Source: Tricharina praecox
Lineage: Eukaryota
Direction: 5' to 3'
NCBI RefSeq assembly: GCF_024521635.1
Contig: NW_026250404.1
Coordinates: 2,046,001-2,110,000, forward strand
Length of the DNA: 64,000 nt
Of the stretch, positions 25,664 to 39,734 are shown piece after piece. The notes under the pieces were generated by a model. The model saw only the letters and a program-made list of their open reading frames with translations, ran no database searches and had not been told where the DNA came from. The position numbers and the translations under genes are program-made. Each line of letters opens with the position of its first letter. Position 1 is the first letter of the stretch.

Positions 25664-28272
25664 ATGAGAATTGGTAGCCTTCTCAACGATGGGCCCCCCT
25701 CGCCGACGGGCATCACTGCTCCCGCCACAGATTCTGCCACGCCTCACCCTCCATCGACCACCACTTCTTCCTCCTCCTCCTCCCACCAAACTGGTGCTAG
25801 GAATCCCGAGCCACGTCGGCTCGTGGGTCAAGCCACTGGCCTTATTAAGGAGCCTCTCGTCCACCATGGTAACGGTACAACATCGATACCATCTTCGACG
25901 TCCTCGCCTGTGCCAGCTTCGTCCTCAAACCCCCACATGATGTCGAACCTGCCGTATTCGCCATACCAACAGGCTCCGACTGTGTATCGTGAGCACACTG
26001 CGTCTTCCCGAAGTCCGTACAGTGAACCTTCCATCGCCGCTTCGACGGCGGCTGCTGGCTCACTGGAGAAATCCATGCTGCAGCAACACCAGCCCAACAG
26101 TACGTGGTTCGGGGGAAAGGCTATTGCGAGTGGTGGTGGTACGACTTCAGCAGCCCCGACCTTTCTTGGCCATGGCAACAGAGACCAGCAACAACCACAG
26201 CAACAACAACAGCAGCAACAACAGCATCAGCAACAACAGCATCAGCATCAGCATCAGCAACAACAGCATCAGCATCAGCAACAACACCACCAGCAGCAAC
26301 AGTCACTGCCTCGTCAACAGCAACAGAGGGCATTGCCGCCCTTCACATCTTTCGTAAACATGCAGCAACAACAGCCGGCAATGCCGGTCGAAGGCTCGAT
26401 ATCTCCACGGTCAACTGCTCACCAACCACCCCATGGTGGCCAGGGAACTGGTGGAGCCGGAAGCACGAGTTACTTCCCCAGCACCTCGTACGCGCCGCAA
26501 TACGCTCAATCGAGACCCAGGTCGTATGGTCAGCCTCAATATCAACCACAACACCAACCCCCGATACATGCGTACGCACCACCAACCGGCCAGTCCTCCG
26601 GGAGTGGCGGTGGGACCGCCGATCCATTGATGCGGTTTGCCGATGTAGCGATGGAGAATGCTACGCTTGGAGGTCGTCGGAGCCTCGAGGAGGTACTGGC
26701 AGTGGAGGTGCTCACGGGGCGGGGTGTAGTTGGGGGATGCATTGATGAGGGACGGAAGCAACGGGGTGGAAGGAATTCCAGCATCAATATAGAGTACGGT
26801 TCAGCTTTTTTCTTCTTTTTTGTTTGCACGTTCTGTTCCGACCTTGCTGACGAGCGTTGTACAGTCCGGCATTGAGGATGGCTACCACTCAAGAGGCACG
26901 CACTTCATCAATGGCAACGCAGACAGTAGATGATGCACCGCTGTTCCGTCCATCGCCGGAGCCCTCAACGCCCACCGGCTCATCATCGTCCGGAACAATC
27001 GTTGAAGCCCCCACACTGGCCAATAGACCGCCAGCAGTTGGCGGTAGTAGTTCGTCAGCCACCCACGAGTTCCTGAACGAAGAGCCAAAATGCTCTTACT
27101 GCGCCGGCTGCATGACGGAATCCCCGCTCCGAAAAGTGGTCTCTCACATTTTCGGCCGGAACAAACTCTCGACGCGGCAAATCCCCAAGAACGTGTGGGT
27201 CTACTACTGCCGAAAACATTACCAACGATCACGATACCGGAACCCTCGGGGCTTCGCCAGACAACAAGTACAGCTGGTCCGACGGCAGTGTGAGCGGCTG
27301 GAGCAGTGGGGCGGCGTCAGACAGTGGGTGATCAAGGTCCGTCGACGGGAGGAGCTGAGGATGAACCGGGAGGGTGACAACGCAGAGGATATCGACGACG
27401 TCGAGGATATCGAGGGTGATGATGGTGCCGCGGTGGTGGTGGACGACGAGATGGACGGCAACAGCGAGCTCGTGGTCAGCGGCGAGAGCAGCCGACGCTC
27501 CTCGACCGCCACACCTACACGACGAAGAAGCTCCGCCGGTGGTGGCTCGAACTGGCTCATGAAGTACACTGGCCCCGAGAGGACGATCGAAGACGTCTAT
27601 AAGCTCTTGGATAAAATCGAAGTCGAGGTGCAGCAGAACGGCGGGAAGTTCCCCGACGTCGAATTACTGCCGAACGTGGACTTGGCACTGGCGGTATCGA
27701 TAGGCGTCAAAAATAAGCCACACTCGGACGGGGACACTGGCGACGATGATGGCGGGCAGGACGCGGCGGGTGGCCAGAGTGGTGGGTCACCCAGGTCCCG
27801 GAAGAGACATCGTGCACCTACCGATGGCGGCACTCGCGACAGCAACAGCGGTATGGCCAGCAAAAAGGCCCGAGGATCGGACAAGCGAGGGGGAGCAGCA
27901 GACAAGGAACGAGCTTCGGATGCCGATTCGAACTATTCCATCAGTCCCCGAACCCGCACGCCCACATCCATGGATCCCTTCACCCAACACGGCTACGACC
28001 GCTCTTTCAGCAGCAGTAACGAATACCAATCGCCCCCTCTGCTAGGAGATACCAGCCACTCACCCTCGTCCGACGATAGTCACGGCTCCTCGTCCTGGGG
28101 TGGGAGAAACGCAAATAGCCCCCCATTCCCACACCAGTATCACCACCACCATCACCAACGCGGCGAATACATAATGCGCTCATTGGCGTCCCCCCATCAA
28201 CAGCCGTCCACATCGAGTGGACCGCAACAATTGGACCTAAGGACGTTTGGAGGATCGCTGACGGCCGTTTGA
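25664..28272 (+). CDS. ~845-aa polyQ/H low-complexity protein with a conserved fungal 'SHIFGRNK...WVYYCRKHYQRSRYR' domain (sometimes labelled ORP1-like); putative regulator
   Basis: Two long ORFs joined in frame by intron 26794-26864 (GTACGG, branch GCTGAC, CAG); good start context ACCATG; polyQ block ~26186-26325; basic NLS-like 'RSRKRHR' and 'SKKAR'. Confidence 0.8.
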
Positions 28273-29432
28273 GTGAGACGTGCATACACAGTTCGATATC
28301 ATTCTTGCTTTTGTATTCTTTTTTTTTACAGTTCTTTCCTTACCTCCCATTTCATGAAAAGCCAAACATCGGATCATTTTCTTTCTCTCTTTTTCCATTC
28401 GGCCATTGACAGTAGTACAAGCACGAGTATATCACGGCGTTTTTTCTTCTTTTTCTTTTTCTTCTCCTTGTTCTTCCTTCCATTTATTTCTTTCTTTCCA
28501 TGTCATATTCGCCTGCATTCTCTATTTTCTTTCCGCATTTCCTTTCCGTATTAAGACAAGCAGGATAGCAAACCATGGTTGAAGGTGTTTTTTTTGTGGG
28601 GGGCAGCATACTAGGTTGGGTCGGCCTGGTCGGCCTGGTGGGTCTGGTGGGTGGCGGTGGGGTGCGGTGGGCGAGGGGGGCTCTCTTTTGTTTGGTTTGG
28701 TTCGGTTGGGGGTATTAAACATTACAACGATCATGCACGCGCATACTTTACTTACATCTTACTTAAACAACAACAATTTCTGTCTGGGGCGGGGATGGGG
28801 ATGGGGATGGGGAGGGGAGGTGGTGGTTGGGAGGAAGAGGGTGAGGGTGAGGGTGAGGGTGAGAGGGTGAGAGGGGCGAGCGGGCGGGGGAGAGAGGAGA
28901 GAGCAATTGATACAATTGATATGATCTTTTTTTTGTTGCGGAATTTTGATGACACCTCGCGAGAAAATCGGGCTGGAAGACATAAGAGTGATGGGACGTG
29001 ATTGGCTGACGGCTGACGGAGGCTGACGGAGGCTGACGGAGATCTCTGGAGAGATTGACTACATACCAGCGATTGCGAATTTACCATCAGCTAGATGGCA
29101 GCACCACCACCATGCCAACCAAATACCCCAGCGATCCATCCAGCCAGTCTTGTAGTCTCGGTGCGGCTTGATCCCACTCCACTCCATTCCACTCTGCACA
29201 GCTTCCAAGTTCCCGTCCGGCTCTGCTCCCTATGTAGTGAGGTACCGGTACGTATGTATCGTGTTCGCAACTACAGTCAACTGTCAAGTGACCGCCGCCG
29301 CCCGGCGTGATCCATCATGCGACAACACGGTTCGGTTTCGTGCTCATCAATGGCCAAACGGATCCGATCCGATCCGAGATCGAACGAATCACACAGCGGC
29401 AACCTGTTACCTACCTACCTCGGTGCCCCACC

Positions 29433-29550
29433 ACTGGGCCACTGGGATACTGGGCCACTGGGATACTGGGCCACTGGGATACTGGGCCACTGGGATACTG
29501 GGCCACTGGGATACTGGGCCACTGGGATACTGGGCCACTGGGATACTGGG
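29433..29550. repeat. 16-bp minisatellite (ACTGGGCCACTGGGAT) x~7
   Basis: Direct read; essentially perfect units. Confidence 0.95.
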
Positions 29551-31333
29551 CTACCTACTTGAGTTCGTCGTTTGCTATGTAACACTGCCTCCCTTCCCTT
29601 CCCTTCCCCGAGAAGATGGCAGGAGAAGAAGCTGGCAGGATACCTATGTAGCCTCATTTTTGTTTGTTTATTTTTCTTGGGGGGGGGGGGGGATTTGGAG
29701 TGAGTGAGTGAGTGAGTGAGTGAGTGAGTGCTTGCGACACAAGTATGTAAGTAACAACATGGTACTAGGTAGTATCTGTATCGTGGCAGTATACACATAC
29801 ACATACATATACATAACACGTTATACACACGGTGCCGTCTGCATCCACGGTCCGCAGCTGGCCTGGCCTGTTCTGTTGTGGCTCCGCCCCCTGCCCGGCG
29901 GAGACAGGACAGGACAGGACAGGCGTTCATGGAATCTTCATGGAATCTCACTGGGCTGGGCTCCTTCGAGGTCCCCGTGGCGGGAAAAGGTTGAAAATTG
30001 CAATAGGTACGTCTGGCCTGTCTACTCTAGGGAATTGCGCCCGTTGGATGGAATGGGCGAGCGCGATAACTCAGCCCGAATACATGCTCGTGAAGGAAGC
30101 TGGATATCGCCGCTGATCGGTGCCCAGCTGGTCGGGCGAGGTCAGCGATTCCGCGATGGATGGCCACAATATTCTACACTTGATGACTGATGAGAGCGCT
30201 CAGAGCAGCTCTACGGCTCGTTGTTCTGTGCTTTTTAGAAGATTACGGTAGTTGTACACTTGACTTGTACTCGACGCCGTCCTGTGTGCACGCATGGCCA
30301 TGGTGGATCACTCAGTACATGGCCCTGCATAGCCGAGTACTTGACTTTTGGTCCTCGGGGTTAGTTGGAACTTAGGGGAAGAGGAGAAACCCGTCGGAAT
30401 AGTTACTAAAATAGTAGGCACATCGGTTGTCTAGTAGAGGGCTACATATGATTAGGAGGCGGAGTGTGGTACTTAAACAGTTATGGCCGAACACGGCCCA
30501 ATGCCTACACAACGGATGAAACACAAGGAAACCCGCCCTCGCTCGAGGTATGTGGGGTATTTGTGTGGGGTGTGTGGGAGATCAGAGAATGGGGTATGGG
30601 GGGATGAAATTTCTCTAGGCAACCTCCGAGTCCGTGTCCGTGGCCGGCCGGCGGAACCGGTCGAATGCAAGATGATGAAACAATTATGAACTCCAGGTTC
30701 GTCCCGTATTTGAGTCAAACCCCTCCGACCCGGCAACTAGTCCGGTTCAAGTTCTCCTCTGAGTCCGGTCCCGCCTCTCGGGCGAGAAAAACAACAACTA
30801 ACTGTGGGACGGGAGGGAGGGGAGCACCTGCACCCGTACTTGCCCCGGATCCAACCACGGGTTGTTCCACCGGTGAGATCCCTTCGGCTGGACGATAGCT
30901 ACTCTATTTACATACTCTAGATGTTGGATATATCGCCCGGCGGATGGGCTGGTTCCAGCCTAGACCTATGATAGTAGCGCAACTTGCTCTACTGTAGGTA
31001 GACTGCACGGATTCTTGCACCAAGCGATCACTCGTGACTCGACCATCCGCCTTTGAGCTCGACCACTAACCAGCGCAATCCGTGGTCACGGATGGAATCT
31101 CTTTAGTATATACATTAGGTAGGTAAAGGCGATAGGGCTCCCTCTCTACTCTACTATAACCCCCGCGGAGCTAGTAGGATAGCACTGCAAGGACACCTGT
31201 GTAGTCGCCATAGTCCGTAAAAGGCCGTACTTATGCGAAAATAAACTGAATCTCTCTCTTTCTCTCTGGTCACGGATAGAAGGAATAGAATAGAATAGAA
31301 TAGCACCTGTATGCAAGTGTTCTTGACGCTGAC

Positions 31334-31984
31334 TACAGTAGCAAAAAGTGGGATGCGAGTGATGCGGAAGGTCTCCAGTAGTACCACAATTGCTCGGAGT
31401 TAAATCCTGCAGTCACGGAGAATACAGATTTACTCTGGAATTTGTTTTATTCTTTCCTACAGTCTCAATCCTACGGTATGGAATAATTATACGCAGTGTT
31501 GTAAAGATGTGTTACTAAAAAGCCGGAATAACTACCGCAGTTCTTCCGGATGCAAAATATTACGCACTGTCCAGAATACCAGAGACCTACCAGCGAACTA
31601 CCAGAGAACTACCGTATTCGCACGACAACGTAGTACAGAGAAAAAGTTGCTATGCCAATCAAGTAGTTCTTAGACTGTAGTAGAACTATGACGACAAGAG
31701 TCCTACAGAAAGAATGCCGTGCTGAGCAGAATGCACCGGTCACTGAATTCGGTATGCATACGGTAGAGATTCTCCAGTTTCAACAATACGTACTGTGAGT
31801 AAGACGTGCTGTACGCAAGCAAATATTTACGGCTTTCTTGCAGTGCAGAAAGTGCTATGCCTACGGAATGAATACCGTAGAGGAAACTATACGGATTGAG
31901 CTGAATACAGTAGAGCTGTCGAGTCCCTACGGAATCGAGAAGTATTAGGCAGTGCCTACACTACGTAAATTGTACACTGCTGTA
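31334..31984 (+). mobile_element. Non-coding interspersed element, copy 1 (probable non-autonomous DNA transposon/MITE relic)
   Basis: Collinear similarity with the reverse complement of 44326-45112 (shared blocks e.g. GATGCAAAATATT, CGCACTGTCCAGAATACCAGAGA, GAGGAAACTATACGGATTGAGCTGAATACAG, CTACACTACGTAAATTGTACACTGCTGTA); ends TA|CAGTAG ... CTGCTG|TA. Confidence 0.75.
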
Positions 31985-34900
31985 GCTCTACCGGATTTCA
32001 GTGGCAAAATTCTTCACGTATTTGTGAATTCCAGATGGTTGTCACAACATGCACCATGTGTGGTTTCAACTTTCAAGTATTCGTCTCATTTCAGATATAC
32101 TAATAACTACTACTAATACTACTATTGACTACTGTAGGCCGGAGGGCACGTCGGTTCTGTCCGCCACGATGGCTGCCACCGCCGCTACGACGGGATCTGT
32201 ATTGCCCGCGGGGCTGGCGACTCATGCTTGAATCCAAGAACCTGCCATTGTAACCACCGATGTCCTTCCCGCACCATCCATGGGCTCGTTGCTCTGGAGT
32301 CTGGATACTGCGCTGGCCTCGCCGCAGATAACAAATGTACCTACCAAGACTTTGAGCGGATATCTGCACCGAAGCCAGCCAGCCAGCCATTCAGCAACCC
32401 ACAGCTCCTCTCCAACGCACCTCTGCCGCGTCGCCGCTCCCTGCAGGCCGCCACATACTATACATGCATCGATTGCAAGCCATGAGACGCATCCGTTACC
32501 CGTAAGCACCGCCGGCCATCCCCATCGGTGTTGCCGGCGCCGCTCGTGGTGGACACTGGACGATGCCCTACATATATAAGTACGCCGGCACGGTGCACGA
32601 TGCACAATGCACATAGGCAGACAACGACCAATCAATAACTAGCGATATCGATGTAGATTGCGCGGTGCACTGGTGCAGGGCAGGGGCGGTCGGGTGTGCT
32701 GTGCGGGTGCGTGTGCGGGTGCCACGTGTGGAACTGGGAGGGTGGGAGGGTGGGGAAGCGAGCGAGAGCTGTGTTGCAAACTTCAAAGGCTGCGGGCCTG
32801 CGGCACGGATGTGAACAGATGGGTGGAGGCGGAGAGAGGCGCGGTGAATGGTATGGTATACTACCTAGTACCGGTAGTAGTGATAGCTGCTGCTGAGGCC
32901 CGAGGGGGATTCTCTGACTGAGAAGTGTCGGCATCAGCGGATAGGTAGGTAGTTGCATCTCCTCTCCTCTCCGCAGGCAGGCGGGCCCGTGGTAAAAGCA
33001 TCTAATTTCTATCCCTGAGTAAGTACATACCGTAGTAGGTAGAAGAGCTTCACGCCCTGGAGACCGGATCGCGCTGTCGTTATGCAACTCGGACCGACCG
33101 CAGGCCGCAGGGTGCAGCACACATCCGTCCTGCGCTTCGTCGCCGTCTTCTTCTTCTTCCCATTCCTCCTCTTCTTTTTCGGCACATCCTGCATCCCTCG
33201 TCCCTCGATCTTCGTCCAAACTCTGCACCACCCCCAACCCCCAGAGCCGTGGTTCCGATCATGTGCCGGCGCTCATGTAGCATCCCACCCCCATCGAAAT
33301 CGAATCGGCGGGTATCCGATCGTGCTCCGCGTTCCGTGCTCCGCGCTCCGTGTTTCCCGTGTTTCCTGTGTTTCCTGTGCTAGGCCAGCGACGGAAACGT
33401 GTGGACACTGGTGCCGCGAGCGCAGCTGCGCAAGTCGACAGCGGCAGGATCCCGAGCTGCACTGCACTGCACTGCACAATGCACCAGCTAAAGATAGCCC
33501 ATACCGCTTGTCTGTATTATGTGTCGGTTGTTGGTGTCGGGGGAGTGGCGAAAAGGGACGGGCAGCGGGCTGAGACGGATCGTTGCATGGGATCGCGCGG
33601 ACGCACAGTGCACAATGCACATAGATGTTGCAGATCGATTGCGAGTTCATAATTTCCAGCTGGCATGTAGTGTGTACAGGACACGAACCGTCCGGTTGTT
33701 CGCAGGCTTCACTCGCTCCCTACTATATACCTAGGACAATTAGGACCAAACACGCAAGCCAGGACCGGAGTATACCGGTAGTAAGTAGAGTAACGATTGG
33801 CAAGAGGACTCAGGCCGGGGCGGGCAAGGTGGGTGAACGCTTCGGGCGATTCCCGCAACTCGTAACCCGCAACCCGGGGACCGAGGGTGGGAGTCGACTG
33901 CGGTCATGAAACCGTGGTCCGCCGCGTTTTTCGTTTTTGTTTGTTTCGTTCCGCTACGGATTAGAATCCTTATACCGCAAGCAATGTGCGCGGGGAGCTC
34001 CCAAACCAGGACGGTAAGTTACCTAGCAGATGTCAGTTGGTAAGTATTATTCGGACCAGATGTCCTACGACCGGAAGGCCCACCTACCTGATGTACCAGA
34101 CTACTTCTCCACCTCGGGGTCTTTTGAGCTCTTTTGGGCTCTTTTGGATTGGGCGAGCTCGAGGAGACATGGCAGGCAGACTGGCGAAACTGGCTGCGTG
34201 AGTCGTGGCAGCTGGGCTGCGGGGACTGCAGCGGTCGGAAAAAGCCGAGGGAAGGAGGGTAACCTGCGGGAGTGCGGGTGCAATGTGGGACCGTCCATCG
34301 TGGGGGTTGGAGCGAACAGTACTCTGTGCCCCATACCAAGCTTTGAGCTTCCCCACGAGGTAACTGAGTACTAACTAGTATGTACGTCCCGAATCTTCTG
34401 TGGGGAAGCTGTGGAAGTCAGAGATGCGGTGGTAGCTGCATACCTACGGTTTAACCCAAGGGCCAAAGCCACATGGCGATGGCGCTGCTGCTCTTACACC
34501 ACGATCCACTCGAACGGGAATTCCGCATCCGACCCGGTGGCACTTGGTACATACCTACACACAAGGAGTTATCTCCTCAAAGATGGGGGCCGCACAGGGT
34601 GCATAACTAACTACGTCCTCAGACGTTGCGGGGATTCGGGTCCTCGCTTTTCGCCATTACATTCACATTCCCACTTCCATCCCATCGAACTGCCGGGGCT
34701 GCGAATCTGCGATGCGCATCCCTCCGCGCGCACTGCAGAAATTAGAGTAGATGCGTGGTGGAAAAGTTTAAAAACTTTCCGCGCGGTACGCGACGTGATT
34801 TCAAGCTTTCGAGATTTTCGAGAGAAAGTTGGATTCTGGAAGCCACGGAAGATAGGTAGATACGTGCGGTTGCAAACGGAAAAAGTGTTTGCTATCTATC

Positions 34901-35977
34901 TATCTACCTATCTCTCCCGGCATAATTTGTATACAGGAGAATGGCGGTCTGCGGCAAAAGTCCCTGCATTCGGTTATCAATTTCCTCGACGATCACCGAG
35001 TGTAGGTACCACATATACTCGGGAGAAGGGTACGGACGTTGCTCCGGCGGCAAAAGCGGAAATGCCTGGCAATCGTCCGCACGCCCGCATAGCCATGGAC
35101 CCCAACGATTCTGGACCCCGGCCATGGATGGAAGGAGCCGACGATAAGTCTCCAGACGCGGCTGCCTCGTGGTCCGTGCTATTGCGGGGGAAAGTGGGGT
35201 GGTGGTGGGGGGGTTTCTTCAGGCTAGGTAGGTATGTAAGTAGGTATTTGTGTTTCTAATGCCATTCACAAAGCCTGCAGAGTTGCTTCTTTTCGAGGGC
35301 GTGGCGCTGAAACATCGTGAGTTTAGACCATCGGGCACCTCGGATTCATCGTCCCTCGGGGATGGTCAGTTGGCTGCAGGTACTATAGGTAGAGTAGGTA
35401 GAGGAGGTACCGGTATCTGGAGCCAACCTGCGTGGTGGCAATAAATGCAAAGCAATCGAGATGTCGAGAGTGTCGACCTGGGGTTTCCTGATGATGTATG
35501 TACAGCGGCATAACTACCGTAGCACTCTCGATGAGCACTGGTACCTAGAGAGTTAATCTCCATCTCTGAAGCGGACAAGAACGACGTCTCTGGCCAGGGA
35601 TTCTGCACCCTGGTGAGGGGGGGCAGCTTTCCGAAGATCTATGACCATGCCACCGAAGCGCGCAGATTATTCAACGGTGGCACACGCAATAATAACGAGA
35701 GCCAAACGGTCGTCCGCGCTCCGAAGTCAAAGAAGAGACCGCAGCCAACAGGAGGCAGGGCAGGGCAACGGCATCGCAGCAGAAGGGCCAGTGCAATCAC
35801 TGTCGGGAACGATAGAGGTGCATGTTAGGTTTCTTCCCCCTCTCCACCCCTTCCCCCACCAGTGAGCATCCACCGAGCTGCCGCTCTGCTCTGCTCTGTC
35901 GATTGCTTTTTTATTTTATTTTGCTCTGCTCTGTTGATTATTTTGTTTTGTTTTGCTCTGCTCTGCTGCTCTGCTCT

Positions 35978-36060
35978 GTCGATTGCTCAGTCGATTGCTC
36001 AGTCGATTGCTCAGTCGATTGCTCAGTCGATTGCTCAGTCGATTGCTCAGTCGATTGCTC
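35978..36060. repeat. 12-bp tandem repeat (GTCGATTGCTCA) x~7 within a (CTCTG)n-rich tract upstream of NTH1
   Basis: Direct read; degenerate units flank it from ~35885 to 36150. Confidence 0.95.
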
Positions 36061-36813
36061 TGCCTGTCGACGTTTCTGCTCTGCTCTGTTGATTGCTCTG
36101 TCGATTGCTCTGCTCTGCTCTGTCAATTGTTTTGTTTTGATCTGTTCTGCTCTGCGCGGCAGCTTATCCAACCCCTCCTCGCACACCCACCCTGCCACCC
36201 ACCCATTTTCTGACCTGCCGTCCATCACTACCCAACGTAGTGACGTCCCTTGGCTTCCCTCCTTCCTTCGCTTCGACTGGTTGCTTTGCAGCATCCCTGC
36301 GAGGACTTCCGTCATAGCTCGTCTGTGCGACCGCGCCCGGTATCAAACACGCAGCTCGCAAGTACTTGTGGTTACTGGAGCTACTCTACCAACTTGTCAG
36401 GACTTCTTGAGGTGTGAAAGAAAGTGAGAGAAAGAAAAAAAAGAAGACTGCAATCCCGTCTCAATCAAGTAGTCACTTCGCCTCTGCAGCAAACACGTCG
36501 AGTACTTAACCCCCGGTCCTCCCCCGCCCCGTTCTTCGACTGGTTATCTTCGTCATCGCCCTTCTCCTCCCCTCCTTCAATTCCTTCTCTTTTCGAACAT
36601 TCAACTCAACCTTACCCGACCTTCAACAGAGCTTCTGCTAAACTCTCCGAGCTGAAAGATAGCGCCAACTCTCTTCGGACTCCACCATCATCACTCCCTA
36701 CCTTCACCCCTCCACCACCTCACTCCTACACAATCCGACTACTACCTCACTCATAACCAGGCACACGTAAGGACAAACTGGCGGAAACACCAGTCTCATC
36801 TGTCCCTCTTGCC

Positions 36814-39734
36814 ATGTCGTCACAGTCGTGGAGAGAGGAGGAACGTGACCCCTTCTCCGAGGCACACATCTACTATGGCTCTGAACCTTGTAACTCAAAT
36901 GGCGGGTTGCCCCGAAGGGGATTGTCACAAGTAAGTTCCTGTCTCTTCTGTGCTGCCGTCACACGAAACACCCTTGTTCCTGTGCAAATGAAGTTCGGGA
37001 CGAGTTGAAAGAGCTAAAGGCGATCTCGCGAGCTGGGGGCCCTGGAGTTCAATCTATCTGTTTCGTTATCTCGAGTGTTTGGCTGACATTCAATTCTCAA
37101 TTTCAGGCTTACGAGTACAATGGTCCTCCGAGAACCACATCTCTCGAACACAAGCCTTACCGACGAGGATCACTTGGTGCGGACCACCCAGAGGAGACCC
37201 ATCCGCGTTTCGGCCGTAACTATTGCTGACATCTGACAGATGCATTCTCGCATCACCACCCGAGACAATTTGTAATCAATGTCGCGGAGACGATGGCTCG
37301 CCTCATTGCAGCAGAAGACACGGATGGTAATTTCCAGATCACCATTGAAGACGGTGGTCCAAAGGTACGTGACACGTCTTGGAAGCTTTCCTCCACCCCA
37401 CCCCTATACTGAACTGGTGTATTGTAGGTGATATCTTTGGGAACGGCAAACAGCGGCGGATATAAACGACACGAACTCCGAGGCACTTATGCGTTAGCCA
37501 ATCTAATGCAGGAGTTGACGATTGCGGAGGAATTCGGCAGAAAGCACATCATTCTCGATGAGGCGCGTCTGACGGAAAATCCTGTCTCCCGGTTGAGCCG
37601 TCTAATCAAGACCTCTTTCTGGAACGGATTGACCCGCCGTATCGACGGAAGTGTGATTGAATCAGTCACCAAAGATCCGAAAGCAGAGAGGATGGAGGAC
37701 CCACGGCCAAGGATCTATGTGCCGAAGCGGGCGCCCGAGCAGCTGATATACTATCAGAATGTGGCGAGAGATTATCCTGAGTTGAATCTCGACGTCGTTC
37801 AGCTGCCGGAAGTCATCGATGCCCAGTTCACATACAGTCAGTTGTTCCCCAAGCACCACATAGATTGATGGCTGACCTTCCTTCCCAGGCATCAATGAGA
37901 AGCCCGGTCTATTGGCGCTCGCAATGGAAAAGGTCGTTGGTCCCGATGGAAAAGAAGAACTAAAGGGATGGCCTTTCGTCGTTCCAGGCGGTCGGTTCAA
38001 TGAGCTCTATGGTATGTCTCGCTGCCCCCTTCAGCTTACTATTTCCAAAACCAAATCTCGGCGTGCTAACATCTTCCAGGCTGGGACTCCTACATGATCT
38101 CACTTGGACTGTTGCTCGACGGCAAGGAGCAACTGGCCAAGTCCATGGTGATCAATTTCTGTTTTGAAATTGAGCATTACGGAAAGATCTTGAACGCGAA
38201 CAGGTCATACTACTTGTCGCGTTCTCAGCCGCCGTTCCTGACCGATATGGCCCTCCGCGTGTACAGGAAAATTAAGCATGAGCCTGGCGCGTTGGAGTTC
38301 CTGAGGACCAGCATCCTTGCCGCGATAAAGGAATATTTTACCGTGTGGATGGCGGCACCTCGCTACGACCCGGCCACTGGTTTGAGTCGGTATCGTCCGG
38401 ATGGCATCGGAATTCCCCCAGAAACCGAACCAAGCCACTTTGATTCCACCTTGCAGCCATATGCTGAGATGTACCGGATGACGATTGACGAGTTCATCAC
38501 AGCTTACAACGAGGGCCACGTCCAAGAACCCGCCCTGGACGAATACTTCCTACATGACCGTGCTGTCCGGGAGTCGGGCCATGACACGACCTACCGGCTG
38601 GAGGGATGCTGTGCCGACTTAGCGACGATCGATCTCAACTCGTTACTCTACAAGTACGAGATTGATATCGCGAAGGTTATCCATGAGCATTTCAACGATA
38701 GTCTGATCATTCCGGCCGAGTTCTCTGTGCCCGGCTTCCCCGAATTGCGAGTGGGAACCAAGTCGACTTCCGCTCAATGGGATCGTAGATCACGGAAGCG
38801 TAAAATCCTGATCAACAGGTACCTCTGGAACGGACAGAAGGGAATGTACTTCGACTATGACACCATAAACCAGAGGCAGATGAACTACGAGTCGGCCACT
38901 GTCTTTTGGGCCATGTGGGCTGGCGTCGCGTCCCCCCGCCAGGCCGCCAAATTGGTAGAGGTGGCCATCCCCAAGTTCGAAGAGCTCGGCGGTCTCGCGA
39001 GCGGGACCGAAGCGAGTCGCGGTCCGCTGGGCATCGATCGACCCACCAGGCAATGGGACTATCCATAGTGAGTTGGCCCTGCTGCAATTCCCCGAGTGTT
39101 CTTCGTACTGACATGCATGTAGCGGATGGGCTCCACAGCAGATGCTCGCGTGGGTGGGATTGGAGCGATACGGCTATCATGAGGAAGCGAAGCGATTGGC
39201 GTACCGCTGGCTGTTCATGATCACGAAGGCCTTCGTCGACTACCACGGAGTCGTCGTCGAGAAGTATGACGTGACAAGGCCGGTCGATCCACACAGAGTC
39301 GACGCCGAATATGGAAACCAGGGTTTGGATTTCCGTGGCGTTGCGAGAGAAGGGTATGCATCGCAAACTTCCCTTATGCCCTTCCGCCTATGCTAACGTC
39401 CTTATCCAGTTTCGGATGGGTGAATGCGTCGTACCAACTAGGACTGACTATCGTTGGTTCTCATGCGAAGCGCGCCCTAGGTGCCTGTATTCCGCCAGAG
39501 CCGTTCTTCAACGCCACTGCGGCCGAGATGGAGGCGTTGATGAACGAGTTCGGCGCCAGTCCTCCACAGACGCCTGGTGCGAGCGATGGCAACCCCTTCA
39601 ACGACGGAGATCTTCTCACTCCGGCTGTGGTGGCTGTCGTTGATCCTTTCGACATCCTCGCGCAGTCCAATCAGGCTACGCCAGTCACAGAGCACATTAA
39701 TCCGATTGAGCAGCTGAGGGGAATCGCAGCATAG
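36814..39734 (+). CDS. NTH1: Neutral trehalase (GH37)
   Basis: Ca-binding '[17 protein letters not shown]', PKA-type 'RRGS', GH37 signatures '[15 protein letters not shown]', '[10 protein letters not shown]', '[10 protein letters not shown]', 'QWDYP|..GWAP', 'FGWVNAS'; about 7 introns (first 36931-37107). Confidence 0.95.

Noticed and set aside
29433..29550. CRISPR-like array (also considered 35978-36060)
   Set aside because: Head-to-tail repeats with no unique spacers, eukaryotic context, no cas genes.
34411..35259. 282-aa ORF upstream of NTH1
   Set aside because: GTG start, no recognisable motif, contains the same GGTAGGTA/TACCTAC stutters as intergenic DNA.
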